Shown here: piece by piece, positions 28,267 to 37,350 of the stretch
Layout: each line of letters opens with the position of its first letter
How positions within the stretch are numbered: the stretch's first letter is position 1
From: an uncultured Chloroflexia bacterium
GTDB lineage: Bacteria; Chloroflexota; Chloroflexia; QHBQ01; JADMIH01
Length of the DNA stretch: 64,000 nucleotides
Direction: 5' to 3'
Assembly: GCA_963797095.1 (NCBI GenBank)
Contig: CAWCNY010000002.1
Location: 544,001-608,000, forward strand
Translations under genes and position numbers: made by a program
The notes under the pieces: generated by a model
Database searches by the model: none
Told to the model about the DNA's origin: nothing
Seen by the model: the letters and a program-made list of their open reading frames with translations, nothing else

Positions 28267-28962
28267 TTGACCGGCATATCTGATGATACTACCCTGGATC
28301 GCCAGGTTCGGACTCACATTTACGACATACTCTTATCAGGTGGCAAGATGCCTTTGGCTGCCGATGTGGCCCGGCATCTCGCCATAGATTTAGACCGTCT
28401 GCACTCCTCTTTCCGGCGCTTGAAAGATGCCCACATCCTTGTGCTCCAGGAAGGCGATCAAGAAATACTGATGGCTAATCCCTTCTCGGCTGTGCCGACA
28501 CCCTTCCTGGTGGAATCCGGCTCTAGCTCGTGGTGGGGCAACTGCATCTGGGATTCTCTTGGTATCGCCGCTATGATCAAGCGGGATGCCCGCATCACCA
28601 CCGGCTGTGGCGATTGCAACGATTCTATGGCCCTTCTCGTTCAGGATGGCTCGTTGCGACTGGAGAATGGCGACGGCATAATACACTTCTCCGTCCCTGC
28701 CCGGCGTTGGTGGGACAATATCAAGTTCACCTGAAAAACAATGTTGCTCTTCAGGTCGGAAGAGCACATCGACCGGTGGTGCGCGGCCTGGGGTCAGCCT
28801 CGCGGCGGCACACTCAGCCTCGATCAGGTCTGGCAACTCGCCGTTGCCTGGTATGGTCAGGATCGCAGGGACGAGGATTGGCGTCGGAAGACCCTCGAAG
28901 AAGCTACAGCCGTCTTCGAAGACATCGGCATGACGGGACCGTTCTGGCAACTATCGGGCTAG
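28267..28962 (+). CDS. MerB-like (organomercurial lyase family) protein, probable selenoprotein (UGA at 28732-28734, residue 156; 231 aa)
   Basis: N-terminal HTH-like region, MANPFSAVPT, NCIWD, CGDC, then WWDNIKFT-TGA-KTMLLFRSEEH in frame; SECIS-like hairpin follows. Confidence 0.8.
28741..28769 (+). promoter_or_regulatory. Bacterial SECIS-like stem-loop
   Basis: ATG-T(bulge)-TGCTCTTC-AGGTCG-GAAGAGCA-CAT; loop starts 18 nt after the TGA. Confidence 0.75.
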
Positions 28963-28983
28963 AATACCCCTCCGGAGAGCAGT

Positions 28984-29980
28984 ATGAGATATTTCATCAC
29001 AGGGGCCACCGGCTTCATTGGTGGCACTATCGCTCGGCAACTTATAGAGGCGGGCCACCAGGTAATAGCCCTCGTCCGTACCCCTTCCAAATCGACTGAG
29101 CTAGCCAAACTGGGAGCCGAACTCCACCCAGGCGACATCACGGACAAGGAAAGCATGCGCGCACCCATGAATGGTGCAGATGGTGTTTTCCATATTGCCG
29201 CCTGGTACAAGATCGGCCTGCGCGATAGCAGCATGGCCGAACACCTGAACGTGGACGGTACGCGCAACGTCCTTGAGTTGATGCGCGACCTGAATATACC
29301 CAAAGGCGTGTACACAAGCACCCTCGCGGTCTTCGGCGATACGCACGGCAAGATGGCGGATGAAGTCATATTATGACGGCGGCCCCTGGCTCAGCGAATA
29401 CGACCGTACAAAATGGATGGCGCATTACAAGGTGGCCTTGCCAATGATCAATGATGGCCTGCCCCTTGTCATTGTGCAGCCCGGTCTGGTCTATGGTCCG
29501 GGCGATACAAGCTCATTCCACGATATGTGGGTTCAATATCTGAAGCGTCGCCTCCCGGCTTCGCCCAAACGTGTAACTTACTGCCCGGCTTACGTGGAAG
29601 ATATAGCCCACGGCCATATCCTGGCGATGGAGCGCGGCAAGGTAGGCGAGAGCTATATCATAGCCGGGCCATGCCACACCCTGATCGATATATTGGCCCG
29701 CGCCCAGCGGATCACAGGAGTGCCCGCGCCGCGTCTTCATCCATCGCCCGGTTCCATGCGTACATTGGCGGGTGTTATGGGTGCGGTAGGTAAAATAGCT
29801 CCTTTACCACCCAATTTGAGCGCTGAGTATCTACGCATTAGTTCGGGTGTTACGTATCTTGGCTCTAATGAGAAAGCGCGGCGAGAACTGGGTTACAACC
29901 CGCGCTCGCTGGACGAAGGCCTTCCCGAAACCCTTGAATACGAGATGAGCCTCCTTGGCATGAAACCCCACCCAAAATGA
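28984..29980 (+). pseudogene. NAD-dependent epimerase/dehydratase (HpnA-like), frameshifted near 29365 (or sequence error)
   Basis: TGATGFIG, YTST in first ORF; YDRTK (YxxxK), PG.VYGPGD in second frame. Confidence 0.8.
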
Positions 29981-30109
29981 GTAGAAACTGAGCAGAATCC
30001 GGCATGGATCATGAGCAATCCCCTCCCGTATCCTCTTACCGGTGAGAAGTGGCTTCTCCTGATAAGCAGCACACAAATGGAGTGCAATACACCATAAGAG
30101 GGGATAACT

Positions 30110-30565
30110 ATGATAGCTCAAAGACAAATCCCGCAGGGTTTGCGGATCGCTTTTCTGTCCTACTCTATCTTCACATTGATATTCGGGCTGGCGGGTACAT
30201 TCGCTGCTAAGTTGGTCGGTGATGTTGCCGGGCACCAGGTGCGCGATGCAGATGTAAACTCCATGCTGGGTGTCGTTTCGCTGGCCCTCGCCATCGGCTC
30301 ATGGTTGGCCTACAGGGCCTCCTCCTGGGAGCAAATTCGCATCCTTACCATCATGGTCACGTTCAACAACCTTTTCGGGGGCATAGGAGGCATGATCGCC
30401 TTCTTCTTCCCCTCAATCTTTGGGCTGGCAGAACCCTTCCCACCTGTGCAGCTAATCGTATCTATCGCCCTCTCCCTCTTCGGGGTTGCCTTTGCCTATT
30501 ACTACTTCTCAGTTGCACCTGAAACTCGATCTGCGCGCAACGAAGCTCCCGCCGCTGCAAAGTAA
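30110..30565 (+). CDS. Hypothetical 4-TM membrane protein
   Basis: Hydrophobic segments; GAGG RBS. Confidence 0.7.
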   Translation: MIAQRQIPQGLRIAFLSYSIFTLIFGLAGTFAAKLVGDVAGHQVRDADVNSMLGVVSLALAIGSWLAYRASSWEQIRILTIMVTFNNLFGGIGGMIAFFFPSIFGLAEPFPPVQLIVSIALSLFGVAFAYYYFSVAPETRSARNEAPAAAK

Positions 30566-30581
30566 TCCACGTTGGAAGCAA

Positions 30582-30609
30582 TGATAGGGCAGATTATCCT
30601 GCCCCATCA
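30582..30609. terminator. Hairpin between convergent genes
   Basis: TGATAGGGCAG...CTGCCCCATCA. Confidence 0.5.
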
Positions 30610-30626
30610 CAAACAAGATCGGCCCC

Positions 30627-32531
30627 TTATTTGCCCTGCTGCTTCAGCCTCTCTTCCAGGGCGCGCTTAGCCATCTCCTCATACTCTGGCGTTCCCGGCT
30701 TGGGCTTTTGCCCCGAAGGTGGCGTTGCCGGTTGGTCAGAAGGAGTGCTCTGGGCCGAAGTCTCCGGTGAGTAAAGCGGTCCGGATGAGGTTTGCGCCGT
30801 TCCAAATGGCGAGGTATCCAAAGGTGCGGTCCCACTACTGGGTCCCCTGCGCTGTTCTATGGCGCGTCTTGCCATCTCCTCGTACTCTGGAGTCCCCGGT
30901 TGCGGTCTCTGCCCCGGGGGCGGTATCGCAGGTTGCACAGGAGGAGGCGGGCCAGGCTTCGGCACAGGTTCAGCACCATAGCCATAAGGCGGGGTCGGAT
31001 TGGAATACGACGGAGTGCTCAGAGGCGATGTAGCAGGCTGGCTTGCAGTCGCTGCCTGCCCCATGCTCTGCTCCATAACCCGCCGAGCCATCTCTTCGTA
31101 TTCTGGCGTCCCCGGTTTGGGCCGCTGACCGGGAGGTGGCATTACAGGCCCCGGTTGCGTCGTAGGCGCAGTCGCCCCCGCAGACGAGCTTTGTGTGTAT
31201 GATTGGAATACCGGGTTGGATGGTGGCTCCAGCCTGTTTCCCTGGCTTGCTGACGAGCCTTGTGTCGCAACCGCAGGTGTGTCGTCGCCTGGCTTCCACG
31301 ATGGGACTTCACCTGCGTGTTGCTCGTCTTCGTGTGACGTGGAATTGTCAAACGTATAGACTGTGGTAGCAAACTCCTCGTTATCCGGCTCCTGCGCATC
31401 CGTTGTGGCTGACTCGCTGCCAGGGGCCGTATCAGCTTGCCCCCAGGTCGGCGCAGTATAAGTATCACTCTGTCCTTCTTCGGACGCTGGCTGCTCCTGT
31501 ACGCTCTCAAACGTTGGGGTAAAGCTTGGGCTGTTATCGCCCCCATCGCTCGTGCCCTGCCAGGAGAAAAGCTCGCTGAAAGAGATCACCTCCGGCTGTG
31601 ATTGCATTCCACTAGGTTCCGGCTGAACCCGCATCTGAACGGCTTCTGCTTCGGCAGATGGCGGCTCGGCTGCCTCCAATTCTGCTCCCGTTGCCTTATA
31701 CGGTTCATCTACACCCATTGCTGCCATAGCCTGTCCAGCCCCATCATCCGGCGAGCCACTTTGCTCCTCTACTCCAGTTTCTCCTTGTAATGCAATTATC
31801 GGGATGGGCGTATCAGATACTTCGCTATCATCCTCCACTACAGCTACAGCATCTTCCTGTGTTAGCAAATCTTCCCTGGGCGCTTCGGAGGTGTCTTCTG
31901 CCGCTTGCGCGTCCGTATCGTTCTCATCTGGTGCTGAACTTACGGCATCCTCAGTTTCCTCACTCTGGTCCGGCAGGTCAGGCATTTGAGGGAGTGGCCC
32001 TGTGATTGGAGCTTGCCGATCTACAGGGGGTACCGGTGTAACCAGCATTTCCGGCGTCTCATTGGGCGCTGTCGTTATAGCTTCTTCAATTGCAGGTTCC
32101 TCCAGTGTTGCCTGCTGCTCCTCCATCGGTGCTACAGGCATATCTTGCGGCATAGCAGGTTCTTCCACCTGCGCTACGCTCTGCACAGGTGTTCCCTGGG
32201 TGTTGCCGTAGCCGAAGAGGGAGGCAAAATCGACATAGCCCCCGTCACCGCCCTGGCTATCACCCTGAGTTTCCGCTTGTGTTGGAGCCTGCCCGGATTG
32301 CGGGCTTTCATCAGCTGGCGTCACATTCCATGAGAACTGTTGCTCACTTACTGCGTCCGGCTGCGACGTTTCTATTACCTGTGCTTCATTGACAACAGGC
32401 TCCGGCCCGGTCGCAGTGGCTGGGGCTGTAGACGGCTGGGGCTGTGTGGGTGCGCCGCAGGTTGGGCAGAACCTGAACTGTGGCTGCAACTCGGAGCCAC
32501 ATACAACGCACCGGAATGTACCATTACTCAT
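30627..32531 (-). CDS. Zinc-ribbon protein with long acidic disordered region and three C-terminal repeats
   Basis: CxxC...FCPTCG; PP.GQ.P.PGTPEYEEMA.R x3. Confidence 0.75.
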   Translation of the reverse strand: MSNGTFRCVVCGSELQPQFRFCPTCGAPTQPQPSTAPATATGPEPVVNEAQVIETSQPDAVSEQQFSWNVTPADESPQSGQAPTQAETQGDSQGGDGGYVDFASLFGYGNTQGTPVQSVAQVEEPAMPQDMPVAPMEEQQATLEEPAIEEAITTAPNETPEMLVTPVPPVDRQAPITGPLPQMPDLPDQSEETEDAVSSAPDENDTDAQAAEDTSEAPREDLLTQEDAVAVVEDDSEVSDTPIPIIALQGETGVEEQSGSPDDGAGQAMAAMGVDEPYKATGAELEAAEPPSAEAEAVQMRVQPEPSGMQSQPEVISFSELFSWQGTSDGGDNSPSFTPTFESVQEQPASEEGQSDTYTAPTWGQADTAPGSESATTDAQEPDNEEFATTVYTFDNSTSHEDEQHAGEVPSWKPGDDTPAVATQGSSASQGNRLEPPSNPVFQSYTQSSSAGATAPTTQPGPVMPPPGQRPKPGTPEYEEMARRVMEQSMGQAATASQPATSPLSTPSYSNPTPPYGYGAEPVPKPGPPPPVQPAIPPPGQRPQPGTPEYEEMARRAIEQRRGPSSGTAPLDTSPFGTAQTSSGPLYSPETSAQSTPSDQPATPPSGQKPKPGTPEYEEMAKRALEERLKQQGK

Positions 32532-32646
32532 AGCGTAGTATGTCCTCTTGTAAGAGATTGTGGGGATGATACCAGCCTGATTATAGCATAAATAGCCCTC
32601 GAACTTGAGGAACTTTGCATGCAGACATGGTGTATGACTCTATGCA

Positions 32647-33627
32647 ATGTCCACCTATGTTCTTACCGACACAACCGCGCCCGGCACTCTTGATTATCCA
32701 GGTGAGTTTGCTATCCTCTGGCGGCGTTTCCGACGGCACAAGGCCGGGCTAATCGGACTGGCGATCCTATCTATCATCCTGGCTGCCAGTCTCCTCATGC
32801 CTCTCCTCTCACCCTTCGACCAGAACGCGGTTAATCCGGCCGGTGCTTTCGCGCCCGCCGGTTCGGCCAACTCTCTAAATGGACATATCCACTGGCTTGG
32901 CACTGATTATCTGGGCAGGGATACCTTTACCCGCCTCTTCAATGCCGGGCGTGTGTCTCTCCTCATGGCTCTGTTGGCTACATTCGCCATCCTCGTTGTA
33001 GGTCTGCTGATTGGCTCTGCGGCGGGCTATTTAGGCGGTTGGGTAGACGCCTTTCTCATGCGCCTCACCGATTTCATGCTGGCTCTTCCCCTCCTCCCTA
33101 TGTATATCTTCGCCCTCAAGTTAGTGCGGTCGCTCCCGGCCCTGGTGCGATTTTCCCAGGAGCACGAGATCCTCTGGACCCTGGGCAGCATAGCCGGTGT
33201 GTTCGTGCTGTTCGGTTGGATGGGTTTAGCACGTTTAGTGCGTGGCTCTATCCTATCGATTCGCACGCTAGATTATGTGGAAGCCGCCCGCGCGCTCGGT
33301 GCGGGTGGTCAGCGTATCGTCTTCCGCCATCTCTTGCCCAATGCTGCGGGACCTGTACTGGTGGCTGCTACTTTCGCGGCTGGCGACTTCATCATCCTGG
33401 AGGCGGTCCTATCCTACTTCGGCCTCGGTGTCTACGAATATTCGGCCCCATCCTGGGGCAACATGTTGGCGGGCGTGCAGAACTACGTCTGGTACGTGGC
33501 GAACCTCAACCCCTTCCAGGAAATACGCGGCTACCTGATCTTCCTGCCAACTCTGATGATCCTGGGCAGCGTCCTCTCCCTGAACTACATAGGCGACGCC
33601 CTGAGACACACGATTGATCGGCAATGA
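32647..33627 (+). CDS. Peptide ABC transporter permease (OppC/DppC-like)
   Basis: WLGTD.LGRD, YVEAARALGA (EAA motif), RHLLPN. Confidence 0.9.
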   Translation: MSTYVLTDTTAPGTLDYPGEFAILWRRFRRHKAGLIGLAILSIILAASLLMPLLSPFDQNAVNPAGAFAPAGSANSLNGHIHWLGTDYLGRDTFTRLFNAGRVSLLMALLATFAILVVGLLIGSAAGYLGGWVDAFLMRLTDFMLALPLLPMYIFALKLVRSLPALVRFSQEHEILWTLGSIAGVFVLFGWMGLARLVRGSILSIRTLDYVEAARALGAGGQRIVFRHLLPNAAGPVLVAATFAAGDFIILEAVLSYFGLGVYEYSAPSWGNMLAGVQNYVWYVANLNPFQEIRGYLIFLPTLMILGSVLSLNYIGDALRHTIDRQ

Positions 33628-33707
33628 GGCCGATAGACGACGATTGCAGTTGCTGGATCCAATCTCCGACTACCGACTACCGGCTTCTATCATTTCGGTG
33701 ACCAACA

Positions 33708-34874
33708 ATGACCCTTTACCTCGTCCGCCGGGTGGCACAAAGTCTAGGCTTTATACTGATCGCATGGCTGGTCGTTTACACCGGCCTGGTGTTGCTCATG
33801 CCGGGCGGGCCTGGGCAAAACTACTCCGGCATCATCAAAGGCGATGGCAGCGTCGTCCCCAGGTTCCGGGGCGAAGATACCTACCTGGCTTTCAGGTACA
33901 AAGTCGATAGACCCTGGCCGCTCAACTACCTCCTCTGGCTGTTCGACTCGAACGACACGGTTCAGTTTGTCAACGACGACTACGGCAACACCTACCAGGT
34001 CCCCAAGGGGATTGACATCCAGCTAGGGAGCCTTCGCATCAAAGGCTCCGGTTTTCTGACCGGCGATCTGGGCTACACCGACTCGCTTGGCCGCGATGGC
34101 CCTGTCAGTGAGATGCTTGGCACTCGGTGGGGCAATACCGCCTGGCTCCTGATCGGTTCGTTGTTTTTAGCAATCCCAACCGCGCTCGTGCTTGGCATCC
34201 TGGGTGCTCTCCGGCAAAGGTCGCGGCTCGACCATGCTCTTACCTTCTTCTCCTTTGTGGGCTTCTCCATCCCGCCTTATATGCTGGGCGTGTTCCTCGT
34301 GATCGGCTTCGCGGTCCTTCCTTACCTATGGCACCAACAATACAATTGGTCCTGGCTCCCCTACCTGCCAGCCGGTTATGCGACCGATGCCGACCAGGAC
34401 GGCAACCTCCCCAACAGGCTCTATCATCTGGTGCTGCCTGCCCTTACGCTTGCCCTGCCGCAGATTGCCTACCTTTCTCGCTATGTGCGTTCCTCGATGC
34501 TGGAAGTGCTGAAGCAAGACTATATAAGGACTGCCTGGGCCAAGGGTCTGAAAGCGCGGCGAGTGGTGCTCAAACACGCTCTTCGCAATGCCCTTATTCC
34601 CCTCATTACCATGATAGGTGTCCTGGTACCCGGGCTGGCCGGTGGTGCGATTCTCATCGAGACTGTCTTCAGTTACAGCGGTATGGGCCAGCTTTATTTC
34701 CGTGCCCTGGGCGGTTGCGTGGTCGAGACGCAACCCTGCCCACCCACCGGTTACGCGATTGATTACCCTCTTACCCTCACCCTCACCTTCATCCTTATTG
34801 TGGTGGTGGCTTTCTCCAACCTGATAGCCGACCTGCTCTATACGGTAGTCGATCCGCGGATCAGGTACGACTAA
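33708..34874 (+). CDS. Peptide ABC transporter permease (OppB/DppB-like)
   Basis: DYIRTAWAKGL, KHALRNA, DLLY.VVDPRI. Confidence 0.9.
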   Translation: MTLYLVRRVAQSLGFILIAWLVVYTGLVLLMPGGPGQNYSGIIKGDGSVVPRFRGEDTYLAFRYKVDRPWPLNYLLWLFDSNDTVQFVNDDYGNTYQVPKGIDIQLGSLRIKGSGFLTGDLGYTDSLGRDGPVSEMLGTRWGNTAWLLIGSLFLAIPTALVLGILGALRQRSRLDHALTFFSFVGFSIPPYMLGVFLVIGFAVLPYLWHQQYNWSWLPYLPAGYATDADQDGNLPNRLYHLVLPALTLALPQIAYLSRYVRSSMLEVLKQDYIRTAWAKGLKARRVVLKHALRNALIPLITMIGVLVPGLAGGAILIETVFSYSGMGQLYFRALGGCVVETQPCPPTGYAIDYPLTLTLTFILIVVVAFSNLIADLLYTVVDPRIRYD

Positions 34875-34959
34875 CCGACCACTCCCTTCCCTCTTCACAA
34901 CTAGAAGCCGTAGCGGCACGTGCATGGGTGCGGCTTCAGCCGCAACCGGGTCAACGAGG

Positions 34960-34997
34960 AATGGAAACAGTGGGCAGCGCTGCCCACTGTTTCCATT
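34960..34997. terminator. Perfect 38-bp palindrome between convergent genes
   Basis: AATGGAAACAGTGGGCAGCGCTGCCCACTGTTTCCATT. Confidence 0.7.
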
Positions 34998-35020
34998 TCA
35001 AAGAGCTTGTGAAGCGTAGA

Positions 35021-36244
35021 TCAGTTTGCCTCTTCGAGCATCGTTTTGACCAGCGCGAAGTGTCCCCGATGGTGTGCCTGGAAAGTCGTTATCCAGACGG
35101 CTACCTGGTAGAACATGTGCTTTCGCGCCACGGCGTCCGGGCGTAGTTGCTCTATGGCCGCGACCACTTCAGCCTGGGCGTTCTTTAGCTCCTGTACCAT
35201 ATCGTTGATAGTCGGGTGGGCCGCCACTATCGATTGGACGCGCACATTGTCGTTCGAGTGGAACACCTGCTGAACGTCGCTATCCTCTGCAATAGAGGCT
35301 ATCCACGTATGTACGTCGCGCTCGGAGGCCACCAGGTGCGCCAGGATCTCCTTTGAGTTCCACTCCTCGGGGGCCGGTCTGTAGTCTGCTTGCTTCTCGG
35401 TTGCTCCCATGAAGAGTTGATCCAGTTCTTCGTTGGTCTCTGCGTAGAGTTCACGGGCATGGTCAGCCAATGCCCATGCTGTTTCGGGTAGCTCAGGGTT
35501 GGCTCTCGCTGTAAGCTGCACCGGCAGGACGACCTTCTCACCGTCTCGGTACAACTCGGCTTCGATTGTGTCGCCTGCCCTGTGTTTGCCCAGCGCCTGG
35601 CCGACATCGGGGAATGTGACCAAAGGCATGCCCGCCAACCTCACCAGAACATCGCCCTCCTGTATCCCCGCTTTCTCCGCTCCCATCCCTTCTACGAGGC
35701 CGGTCAGGCGTATGCCCTCGCGGACGGGCAGGTTATGCTTGGCGGCAAGATCATCATCCACGATCTCGGCCCCGTTCATGCCGAACATCGGGCGGCGCGC
35801 TATGCGCTGGTCGATGCCTGTCGCGAGCATTCCTTCGAGATTCTCCAGGCCCTCGGTCCAGTCGCGCTTCGCTTCGTCAAGCCAATCCCGGCTCGCACCG
35901 GGTGCGCTGTGCGTCACCCGCACGGTCGATCTACCCTGCTCGTTTCCCTCTATCTCCACCGTCACCACCGAGGTGTTCTGCTCAACTTCGGCTCGCCAGG
36001 TGAAAGCGAGCAGCACATTCTTCTCCACCCTGGTGAACTTGCCCGCTGTATGGTAGCCGCTATTCCAGGCCAGGTAGATGCGCCCTCCCACTCTGGGATC
36101 TACCTGTGAGCTATTGCAGAACCAGTCTCGCAAAGCCTGGGGTGTGACAAACGCTCGATATACGTCGGCAGGTGGGGCGCTAATAGTCCTTTCAACTGTA
36201 ACACTGTTCGTTTCGGTCTGTGCTCTTTCTTCACTGGTAATCAT
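35021..36244 (-). CDS. SRPBCC (AHSA1) + PDZ + DinB-like multidomain protein
   Basis: RTI.APP..VYRAF...DPRVGG; AEKAGIQ.GDV; EWNSKEILAHL...HHRGH. Confidence 0.75.
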   Translation of the reverse strand: MITSEERAQTETNSVTVERTISAPPADVYRAFVTPQALRDWFCNSSQVDPRVGGRIYLAWNSGYHTAGKFTRVEKNVLLAFTWRAEVEQNTSVVTVEIEGNEQGRSTVRVTHSAPGASRDWLDEAKRDWTEGLENLEGMLATGIDQRIARRPMFGMNGAEIVDDDLAAKHNLPVREGIRLTGLVEGMGAEKAGIQEGDVLVRLAGMPLVTFPDVGQALGKHRAGDTIEAELYRDGEKVVLPVQLTARANPELPETAWALADHARELYAETNEELDQLFMGATEKQADYRPAPEEWNSKEILAHLVASERDVHTWIASIAEDSDVQQVFHSNDNVRVQSIVAAHPTINDMVQELKNAQAEVVAAIEQLRPDAVARKHMFYQVAVWITTFQAHHRGHFALVKTMLEEAN

Positions 36245-36474
36245 GTCCATCCTCCACACAATGATCGCCCCGCGCACGGATACGCCAGCCTGGGTGCATT
36301 GTTGGCAGGCCACAGGGTTCTATAAATAAGAACAATATCTAATCAACTCAGGTTCACAGTGCTATCTCCTTTTAGCACTATCTTTCTTTCATCAGCAGGC
36401 TTGCAAAGGTCATTACCTTGTTGTATGTATAGACTGTCCAGGCAGAGCGTAGCCTGGGCAAAGGAGCAACGGAC

Positions 36475-37077
36475 ATGAGGATAGGCATACTTGGCGCTGG
36501 CAACATAGGCGGTACGCTTGGCCGGAAGTGGGCGCAGGCAGGGCACCGGGTTATGTTTGGAGTGCGCGCCCCCGACAGCGAGGAAATCCAACAACTGATC
36601 CAGGCGGTTGGAGGCCAGGCACACGCAGGCAGCGTGTCGGAGGCCGTGGCGTTCGGCGAGGTGGTGCTGATTGCTGTGCCTGCCGCCGCCGTGCGCGAGG
36701 TGATACGGGAGGGGCGCGATTGGGCGGGCAAACTCGTGATCGACGCTACGAACCGCTTCAACCCTCCTACGCTATCGCTGACCGAGGAGATAAGCAATTG
36801 GGCGGAGGGTGCCCGCCTGGTGAAGGCGTTCAACACGGCAGGGTTCGAGATACTTGAAGACCCTGAGTTTGGCGATATGCGCGCCGATACCTTCATTTGC
36901 GGCGACGATGCCGAGGCCAAAGAAGTAGTTACAAAGCTCGCCCAGGAGATCGGGATGGATGTGGTCGATGGGGGGCCTCTCTCCTCCGCGTTCATGCTCG
37001 ATTCGCTCTCCAGGCTCTGGATACAACTTTCCAGGAGCATCGGGCGCGATCATGCCTTCAAATTGCTCACCCGCTGA
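36475..37077 (+). CDS. NADPH-dependent F420 reductase family (F420_oxidored)
   Basis: GILGAGNIG, VIDATN, VKAFNT, ICGDD..AK. Confidence 0.9.
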   Translation: MRIGILGAGNIGGTLGRKWAQAGHRVMFGVRAPDSEEIQQLIQAVGGQAHAGSVSEAVAFGEVVLIAVPAAAVREVIREGRDWAGKLVIDATNRFNPPTLSLTEEISNWAEGARLVKAFNTAGFEILEDPEFGDMRADTFICGDDAEAKEVVTKLAQEIGMDVVDGGPLSSAFMLDSLSRLWIQLSRSIGRDHAFKLLTR

Positions 37078-37350
37078 CCGTTCGTCGTTCGTAAATGTGG
37101 ATCTTTGGCTATTTTCCTCTCCTATTTTGAGTCTGCTTTTGTGAGGCGTTTAGATTTGCCCTCATTAACTTAAAGGCATTGGTGGGACAAAACGGGACAG
37201 TTTTTGGGGTGTACTTAAGCACAGTTTTTGGGTCCTTGTTAGCTCTTTTCTGGTATAGTAGGGGTTAAAGCGTGGGTTTTCTGCCTGTGCTCAAGAACCG
37301 GCCAGTACGCGATATGTTCGTGTAAGAACTCAACGAGGAGTCAGTCTCGA

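Noticed and set aside
29355-29376. Programmed frameshift in the epimerase
   Set aside because: No slippery run or obvious stimulatory structure; an indel or sequencing error is likelier
37078-37350. AT-rich intergenic region as oriC
   Set aside because: No cluster of DnaA boxes seen; explicable as the E1 promoter region
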